Source of the DNA: Candidatus Zixiibacteriota bacterium
GTDB lineage: Bacteria > RBG-13-66-14 > B26-G2 > WVWN01
Length of the DNA stretch: 64,000 bases
Direction: 5' to 3'
Assembly (NCBI GenBank): GCA_050117845.1
Contig: JASFLY010000001.1
Location: 192,001 to 256,000 of the forward strand
The position numbers were made by a program, and so were the translations under genes. Each line of letters begins with the position of its first letter. The stretch's first letter is position 1. The notes under the pieces are model-generated. The model made no database searches. It saw only the letters and a program-made list of their open reading frames with translations, and had not been told where the DNA came from. Shown here piece after piece: positions 58,041 through 64,000 of this stretch.

Positions 58041-58227
58041 ATACGAAAAGCCGACGGTCGCGAGCGAGCGCGTATTTTCCCTTGCGTCCCAGGGGTGCGA
58101 CGTAAACCGGGAATCCCCCGGCGTCTGCGCCAACAACATTACGTACGAACCCTGCTACCCGTTCTCGTGGAAAGTACAGAACCTCTTTTGCGGGAACCCC
58201 GGCTCGAACCCCTCGTCCCGGTCGTAG
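58030..58227 (+). CDS. Putative RiPP precursor peptide 1 (4 Cys)
   Basis: MKRRYEKPTV leader (YxxP), paralogous to next peptide, upstream of PqqD and rSAM/SPASM. Confidence 0.8.
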   Translation: MKRRYEKPTVASERVFSLASQGCDVNRESPGVCANNITYEPCYPFSWKVQNLFCGNPGSNPSSRS

Positions 58228-58349
58228 CATTTACCGCGCCGGCGGCCGTATCGGGAGACGCGCCGCCGACGTATACATAAAGGTTGGAAGCAAAAGAGCA
58301 CCCAATACTACCCACGCACTGAGAAGCGCCACCGCCGGAGGTGGTCGTG

Positions 58350-58547
58350 GTGAAAAAAAGATACGACAAACCGTCGATAGGCAGTCAAAAGGTTTTCTCG
58401 ATGACGTCACAGTCTTGCATGGTGAATCAACCCTCGCCCGGCGTGTGCGGAGACGGCATTAAATACGAAGGTGTCTGCGACTTTCATTACAAAATCCGCA
58501 ACGCCGAATGCCCGGACCTCGGTTGGCCTCCGGTCCCGTTCTCGTAA
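58350..58547 (+). CDS. Putative RiPP precursor peptide 2 (4 Cys)
   Basis: MKKRYDKPSI leader; GGAGG RBS 8 nt before GTG 58350; shares VN..SPGVC, I.YE and K..N..C with peptide 1. Confidence 0.8.
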   Translation: MKKRYDKPSIGSQKVFSMTSQSCMVNQPSPGVCGDGIKYEGVCDFHYKIRNAECPDLGWPPVPFS

Positions 58548-58570
58548 CGGGCGGCGGGGACCCAGAAGCT

Positions 58571-58840
58571 ATGGCGTATCGACTTCGAAAAGAAGAAATT
58601 GCCTATCGTAAAATCGGCGACGAATTCTTCGTCCTGACGACCGAAGACAGCACGCTCCACAACGTCTCCGGCGTCGGCGTAAGGATAATGGAGTTGCTCG
58701 ACGCCGATAAAAGCGAGGACGAAATCCTCCGCATCCTCGGGGAGGAGTACGAGGCCGACGAGGCCGAAATCGCGGCGGACCTCGCTTCCTTTTTGGATGA
58801 ATTGCGGGCCAAGGGCATCATCACCGAGAACGACCGGTAA
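58571..58840 (+). CDS. PqqD-family RiPP recognition element (stand-alone)
   Basis: 89 aa; GVRIMELLD, EEYEA, DLASFLDELRAKGII. Confidence 0.85.
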   Translation: MAYRLRKEEIAYRKIGDEFFVLTTEDSTLHNVSGVGVRIMELLDADKSEDEILRILGEEYEADEAEIAADLASFLDELRAKGIITENDR

Positions 58841-58894
58841 CATCGCCCCGTAATCCGTTGAGCCGAGGGCACGCGCCGTCGGCGTTTTGCTATC

Positions 58895-59962
58895 ATGAAA
58901 CCGGAAGACGAAATTTACCGCAAGCTCATCTACGACACCGCGGCGCACCGCATCCCGTTCACGATCATGTGCAACCTCACGCACCGGTGCCCGCTCGGCT
59001 GCAAGCATTGCTACGTCGTGGATCCGGAGGGCGCCGGCGAGGAACTGACCCTCGCCGAATACGAGTCGCTCTTCGACGACCTCGCCGCCGCCGGCACGCT
59101 CTTCCTGACGTTCTCCGGCGGCGACCCCCTGTGCCGGGACGACTTCCTCGATATAGTCGCCGCCGGCCGCGAACGGCACTTCGCCGTCCGCGTCTTCACG
59201 GGCGCCCTTCCCATGGACGAATCGATGGCCCGGGAGCTGGCCGCCCTCCACCCCATCGCCGTGGAGATATCCCTGCACGCCGCGACGCCCCGGCTTCACG
59301 ACGACTTCGTCGGCGCGCCCGGGACCTGGGAACACGCCGTGGCCGCCACCCGCTGGCTGACGGAAGCGGGAACCCGGGTCGTCCTGAAGATGAACCTGAT
59401 GAACTTCAACTGCCACGAACTCCGCGAGCTCTACGAGCTCGCCGCGTCCCTCGGCGCCGAGTTCCGCTACTCGCCGTACGTATCGGTCGCGAACGACGGC
59501 GACCCCGCGGCCGTCACGACCCGCATGTCCGACGAACAACTCCTCGAATACTTCCGCACCGTCAAGGAATGGGTCCCGTCCCTGCGCGAGGGCGAGGTCT
59601 GCGACGAGGAGATAGCGTCCTCGGTCCGGTACAACGAACGAGCCCTTAGCTGCCTCGCCGGTTTCAACAACTGCTCCATCGACCCGTACGGCAACGTCTG
59701 GCCCTGCGTCTCGCTCCCCATCGACCTCGGCAACCTGCGCGAAAAATCGTTCGACGAGATATGGCGCGGCGAACGGGCGGAGTACGTCCGGGGCCTGGGG
59801 GAAACCGTCTCCGAGGAGTGCGCCGGCTGCGAGCTCGACCGCTACTGCTTCCGCTGCCCGGCCTTCTCCATGCTCGAGGAGGGGGACATCAAGAAGCGCT
59901 CGTACGAGCATTGCCGCGTCGCCCGGGCCGCCCGGGAAGTGCTCAAAAGGCCCCTCCGCTAA
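58895..59962 (+). CDS. Radical SAM/SPASM peptide maturase
   Basis: CPLGCKHC, SGGDP; SPASM CLAG..IDPYGNVWPC..CAGC.....CFRCP..C. Confidence 0.9.
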   Translation: MKPEDEIYRKLIYDTAAHRIPFTIMCNLTHRCPLGCKHCYVVDPEGAGEELTLAEYESLFDDLAAAGTLFLTFSGGDPLCRDDFLDIVAAGRERHFAVRVFTGALPMDESMARELAALHPIAVEISLHAATPRLHDDFVGAPGTWEHAVAATRWLTEAGTRVVLKMNLMNFNCHELRELYELAASLGAEFRYSPYVSVANDGDPAAVTTRMSDEQLLEYFRTVKEWVPSLREGEVCDEEIASSVRYNERALSCLAGFNNCSIDPYGNVWPCVSLPIDLGNLREKSFDEIWRGERAEYVRGLGETVSEECAGCELDRYCFRCPAFSMLEEGDIKKRSYEHCRVARAAREVLKRPLR

Positions 59963-59973
59963 TACTTCCCCGC

Positions 59974-60012
59974 AAAACAAAAACCCGGCCTGGGCCGGGT
60001 GTATTATTTATT
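59974..60012. terminator. Probable bidirectional terminator
   Basis: AAAACAAAA-ACCCGGCC-TG-GGCCGGGT-GTATTATTT between convergent genes. Confidence 0.6.
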
Positions 60013-60030
60013 CAACCTCCGCAGTAGTCT

Positions 60031-61386
60031 CTACAGCTTCCGGCGCTTCCACACGCCCGTCCGGAATACGAAGTACATAACCACCCCTTCCAGCACCGTC
60101 GGGATCGTTACCGCCCAGTACACCCCCGTTACTCCCATTCCCATCACGTCCGCCAAAACGTAGGCCAGCGGAATACGGACGCCGAGGAGCACCACCGCCG
60201 TTACGATAAGCGGCGGCACCGAAACGCCGGCCCCGCTCATAGACCGCGAGAGGACCATCCCGGGCGGCACGAATATGTAGGCCGGCGCGCAAATGTACAG
60301 GTACAACACGCCCAACTCCACCACCGCCGGCGTGTCGTCGAATATCCCCACCCAGTATCGGGCGAAGAGGACCAACCCCGCCGCCATGGCCGCCACGATG
60401 ACGGCGTACAGGCCGACCGAGGTCATCGCCGTGCGCTCCGCCCGCTCCTTCTTCCCCGCTCCCAGGTTCTGGCCCACCAGTATCGCCGCCGACATCGCGA
60501 GCGCGAAGCCCGGCATCAACATCAAACCCGTCAGTTGGCCGCCGATGCCGTAGGCCGCGATGGCCGCCGTCCCCGCCGACGCCACGAAACCGACCAGGAC
60601 GACGGCCGCGGCCGCCCGGATCAACATCTGGGCGCTGGCCGGTATCCCGATGGTCAGCACCTGCAAAGCCATCCGGCCGCTGAGGTTGGAAACCGTGAAC
60701 GCCCGCCACGGCAGATGACGCCGTATGAACACGACGGCCGCCGCCACCAAACCTACCGTGTACGCCAGCACCGTCGCCAGCGCGGCGCCGCGCACTCCCA
60801 GCTCCGGGGCGGGACCCAGGCCGAAAATCAACACGGGGTCGAGGGCGACGTTCAGGAGCACGGCCCCGGCGACGATGAGCGTCGGCGTCACCGAGTCGCC
60901 CATGCCCCGTATCATGGCGTTGATCATTACCATGAATACGAACGCGAATCCCCCCAGGAAAAATATCACGATGTACCCGTACGCCAGGTCGACGACGTGC
61001 GCTTCGGCTCCCAATAGCTTGAGGAGCGGTTTGCCGACCGCAGGCCCCCCCGCCGCCATCAAAACCGTGAGAAGCACCGAGGCCGCCAGCGTCGTAATCA
61101 TGGCGCGCCGCAGGCTGGCGTCGTCCCGCGCCCCGTGGAAGCGGGTGACCAGCGCCTGGGAACCTATGGCGACGCCGATTATCGTCGTCCACACCAGCCA
61201 TATGGCGAGGCCGGCCACCGAGACCGCGGCGATCGCCGCCGTCCCGAGCCGGCTCACGAAATACATGTCGGCGATGTTGAACGCGCTCTGCAGCAGGTTC
61301 CCGGCCATGGTGGGAACCGCCAGCCAGAGTATCGGCTTGATGAGAGAACCGGACGTGAGGTCCGCATTGCGGAAACGTTCTAACAT
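60031..61386 (-). CDS. MATE family efflux transporter
   Basis: LTSGS..LAVP, DMYFV, RGMGDS.TP, LNVALDP, GVRGAALAT, GQNLGA; about 12 TM. Confidence 0.9.
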   Translation of the reverse strand: MLERFRNADLTSGSLIKPILWLAVPTMAGNLLQSAFNIADMYFVSRLGTAAIAAVSVAGLAIWLVWTTIIGVAIGSQALVTRFHGARDDASLRRAMITTLAASVLLTVLMAAGGPAVGKPLLKLLGAEAHVVDLAYGYIVIFFLGGFAFVFMVMINAMIRGMGDSVTPTLIVAGAVLLNVALDPVLIFGLGPAPELGVRGAALATVLAYTVGLVAAAVVFIRRHLPWRAFTVSNLSGRMALQVLTIGIPASAQMLIRAAAAVVLVGFVASAGTAAIAAYGIGGQLTGLMLMPGFALAMSAAILVGQNLGAGKKERAERTAMTSVGLYAVIVAAMAAGLVLFARYWVGIFDDTPAVVELGVLYLYICAPAYIFVPPGMVLSRSMSGAGVSVPPLIVTAVVLLGVRIPLAYVLADVMGMGVTGVYWAVTIPTVLEGVVMYFVFRTGVWKRRKL

Positions 61387-61462
61387 ATCGCAGTTTTATC
61401 GGGGAGAAAAAGGCCGCCGCGCCCGCGACGGCCCCCCGCCCGACTCGCCTCGGCCCGCCGCC

Positions 61463-62293
61463 CTACAGCCAAACGCTGGGGCCGGCGGCGAAGGTCAAGC
61501 CGTTGACGAACGAGTCGCCCAGATCGAGGTCGTACCGGACTTCGACCTCCGCTCCCACCCGCCGGTGGAATTGGAGCGAACTCCTGGTGCTGACGTAGAA
61601 ACTGGACCCGCTGCTCGGGACCTCGTCCTGGGGCACGTACGTGTAGTTGTAATGGGGCGCCTCCGGCCGGGACGCGCCGTTGTTCGTGGGATCGTCAACC
61701 TTGGGGCCGGTCAACGTGTACATCTTGTATTGATAACCGAACGTCACGAGGGCGAACGACCGGTTCAGGTTGAAGTCCATGACGACGCCCACGTCCGGCC
61801 CCAGGCCGTTGGCTATGACGCCGTTCTCGACGTTCTCGGCCTTACTCCAGTGGCCCCGCCAAAACGCGCCGAAATACGGCTTCATCATCGTGTTCTCGAA
61901 GTACCCCCGGCCCAGGATGTACCCGCCCGACGCGGTCAGCGTCGCGTTGTTGAACTGACGGTCCTCGGCGACGGTGCCCAGTATCGGTTCTATCGTACGC
62001 CGGGACCAGAGCGAGACGAACGAGGCCCGCCAGCTATCGTCCCTCAAGCCGAAGCCGAACGGCGAGGCCGCGAAGCTGGCGGTGGTAAGGCTGCCTTCCC
62101 ATACGCCCCACGGCTCGTATCCCGGGTAATTATAATAACCTATGAGCTTCTCGAATGTTTGCCCGTCCGATTCGTAGTCGCCGGAGAAGACGCCGACCAT
62201 ACCGTAAATGTACGCCGACGTATCAGCGAATGCCCCGGCCGCCGCGAAAAGGGTTACTACGACTAGGCCTATACCCCATTTACGCGTTGACAT
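61463..62293 (-). CDS. Secreted, probably outer-membrane beta-barrel, hypothetical protein
   Basis: Signal peptide (AFA-D), aromatic-rich amphipathic strands; AGGAGG RBS. Confidence 0.6.
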   Translation of the reverse strand: MSTRKWGIGLVVVTLFAAAGAFADTSAYIYGMVGVFSGDYESDGQTFEKLIGYYNYPGYEPWGVWEGSLTTASFAASPFGFGLRDDSWRASFVSLWSRRTIEPILGTVAEDRQFNNATLTASGGYILGRGYFENTMMKPYFGAFWRGHWSKAENVENGVIANGLGPDVGVVMDFNLNRSFALVTFGYQYKMYTLTGPKVDDPTNNGASRPEAPHYNYTYVPQDEVPSSGSSFYVSTRSSLQFHRRVGAEVEVRYDLDLGDSFVNGLTFAAGPSVWL

Positions 62294-62345
62294 ACTCGCT
62301 ACCTCCTAAGGTGGACGTACGTTTGAATTCCGACGGGTTCAAATA

Positions 62346-63146
62346 CTATGGAGTTTCCAGCGCCTGCACGCCGTGCGCGGCCGCGACGACGTCCGCGTCC
62401 AGGTCCCGCTTCGCCGCCCCGACGACGCCGTGCACGAAGAACTCCCGATTGCCGGCCGGCCCCTTCAACGGCGAACGCGTCACGCCAATCGCCGGAACGC
62501 CGATATCGTCGAACAACCGGCACGCCCTGCTCAAAACCTCTTCGTGGACCGCGGCGTCCGAAACGACGCCTTTCGGCCCCACCTGTTCGCGGCGCGCCTC
62601 GAACTGGGGCTTCACCAGCGCCACAATCTCGACGAGCGCCCCCAGCGTCGGAACCAGCGGCTTCAGCACGAGCGCCAGGCTAATAAACGAGACGTCTACG
62701 ACGAGCAACGAGGGCGAGGGTTCCAACGCCGAAGCGTCGAACTCCCGGGCGTTGAAGCCCTCCCACACCGTCACCCGCTCGTCGGTGCGCAGCCGCCAGG
62801 CCAGAAGGCCCCGGCCCACGTCCAGGGCGTGAACGTGCCGGGCCCCCCGGGCCAGCAGGCACGACGTGAAACCGCCGGTCGACGCCCCCACGTCCAGCGC
62901 CACGCGGCCTTCGGCGCCGGCGCCGAACTCGTCCAGCGCGTGGGCCAGCTTCTCGCCGCCTCGTGACGCGTACGGGGCCTCGGGCGCCACGGCCACCGCG
63001 GCCCCGTCGGCCACCTGCGTCCCGGCCTTGGTCTCGGCCCGGCCGTCCACCGTAACCTTTCCGGCCATGATGAGGGCCGCCGCCCGTTCCCGGGACGGAA
63101 CCAACCCCCGGGCCACCAGCGCCTCGTCGAGTCTTCGTTTGGCCAA
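62346..63146 (-). CDS. tlyA: TlyA family rRNA methyltransferase
   Basis: S4 domain RLD..LV, SRGGEKL, DVGASTGGFT, DVSFISL, KPQFE, GNREF; follows dxs. Confidence 0.92.
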   Translation of the reverse strand: MAKRRLDEALVARGLVPSRERAAALIMAGKVTVDGRAETKAGTQVADGAAVAVAPEAPYASRGGEKLAHALDEFGAGAEGRVALDVGASTGGFTSCLLARGARHVHALDVGRGLLAWRLRTDERVTVWEGFNAREFDASALEPSPSLLVVDVSFISLALVLKPLVPTLGALVEIVALVKPQFEARREQVGPKGVVSDAAVHEEVLSRACRLFDDIGVPAIGVTRSPLKGPAGNREFFVHGVVGAAKRDLDADVVAAAHGVQALETP

Positions 63147-63154
63147 TACCGGTT

Positions 63155-64000
63155 CTACTTCCGCTCCAGTAATTGCCGTGCGGCCTCGGCTATCCCGGCC
63201 GCGTTCAATCCGTATTTATCCAACAGCTCCTGCGGCGTGCCGTGCTCCACGAATTCGTCCGGATATCCGAGACGGGTAATTTTTACTTCTCCGGCCAAAC
63301 CACGTTCCGACAATAATTCCAGGACGCCCGCGCCGAAACCGCCGGCCCGACAGCCGTCCTCCGCCGTCACGACGGCGCCGCCCTTCCGCGCCCACTCCAG
63401 GATAAGTTCCTCGTCGAGCGGCTTGGCGAAACGGGCGTTGACCACCGCGGCGTTCACGCCCTGTGCGGCGAGCGCCTCGGCGGCCTCGATCGCCGGATAG
63501 ACCATCCGGCCTATGGCGAGCAGGAGTACGTCGTCGCCCTCGCGCAAGAGTTCACCTTTACCGGGCTCGATGGTTTGCCACTCCTCGCCGTAGGCCGCGC
63601 CCACGCCCGTCCCCCGCGGATACCGAACCGACCACGGCCCGGCGTCGTAGTAGATGGCGCTGTACAGGAGGTCCCGCAGCTCCGCCTCGTCCTTGGGCGC
63701 GCTCGCGATCATATTCGGGAGGTGCCGCATGTACGCGAAGTCGAAGGTCCCGTGGTGCGTAGGGCCGTCGTCCCCCACGACGCCGCCCCGGTCGAGCGCG
63801 AAGACCACCGGCAGTTTTTGCAAGCACACGTCGTGGTTGAGCTGGTCGTAGGCGCGCTGGAGGAAGGTCGAGTATATGGCGCAGACGGGCCTCACGCCCT
63901 CGCACGCCATCCCGGCCGCGATGAGCACCGCCGTCTGCTCGGCGATGCCGACGTCGAAGAAGCGTTCCGGGAAGTTTTCCCGGAAGGAGCTGAGGCCGGT
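63155..64000 (-). CDS. dxs: 1-deoxy-D-xylulose-5-phosphate synthase (3' part; runs off window)
   Basis: [36 protein letters not shown]; upstream FDVGIAEQ in frame. Confidence 0.92.
   Translation of the reverse strand, partial: TGLSSFRENFPERFFDVGIAEQTAVLIAAGMACEGVRPVCAIYSTFLQRAYDQLNHDVCLQKLPVVFALDRGGVVGDDGPTHHGTFDFAYMRHLPNMIASAPKDEAELRDLLYSAIYYDAGPWSVRYPRGTGVGAAYGEEWQTIEPGKGELLREGDDVLLLAIGRMVYPAIEAAEALAAQGVNAAVVNARFAKPLDEELILEWARKGGAVVTAEDGCRAGGFGAGVLELLSERGLAGEVKITRLGYPDEFVEHGTPQELLDKYGLNAAGIAEAARQLLERK

Noticed and set aside
60031..61386. MATE as the RiPP exporter
   Set aside because: Convergent orientation behind a terminator, and co-directional with the dxs-tlyA run; nothing links it to the cassette
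1..64000. Genome-wide UGA reassignment (code 4/25)
   Set aside because: UGA acts as a normal stop elsewhere (ATGA overlaps at 21016, 52961, 57213) and Trp is encoded by TGG

Overview
High-GC bacterial DNA from what looks like an anaerobic diderm, dominated by energy metabolism. (1) 1-13.7 kb: mixed accessory genes, mostly on the minus strand (PAS/HD-GYP, lipoproteins, radical SAM enzymes, adenosine deaminase flanked by duplicated REP-like mosaics, CoA-transferase, alanine dehydrogenase). (2) 14-31 kb (+): hdrC-hdrB-hdrA(HdrL-type)-flxDCBA, extended by a lipoyl-carrier (GcvH/LbpA-like) protein, lactate racemase LarA, a GlcD-like dehydrogenase fused to an Fe-S/CCG module and a lipoate ligase, with an antisense RelE-type toxin-antitoxin pair inserted. 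(3) 31-42.4 kb (+): Re-citrate synthase, aconitase and isocitrate dehydrogenase interleaved with unusual genes (a GGCT fused to a possible amidoligase, a large GlnE/GlnD-like nucleotidyltransferase). (4) 42.5-54.4 kb (-): korDABC plus a second hdr cluster; its two hdrA genes each have an in-frame UGA at a conserved Cys position followed by a SECIS-like hairpin (selenoproteins, split by the ORF track), and a small zinc-ribbon gene was missed by the track. (5) 55-60 kb (+): two secreted beta-propeller proteins sharing a C-terminal SFGR[IV]KA motif, followed by a compact RiPP-like cluster (HprK-like kinase, two paralogous 4-Cys precursor peptides, PqqD/RRE, radical SAM/SPASM). (6) 60-64 kb (-): MATE, outer-membrane-like protein, tlyA, partial dxs. 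All family calls come from reading motifs by eye; no database searches were run.
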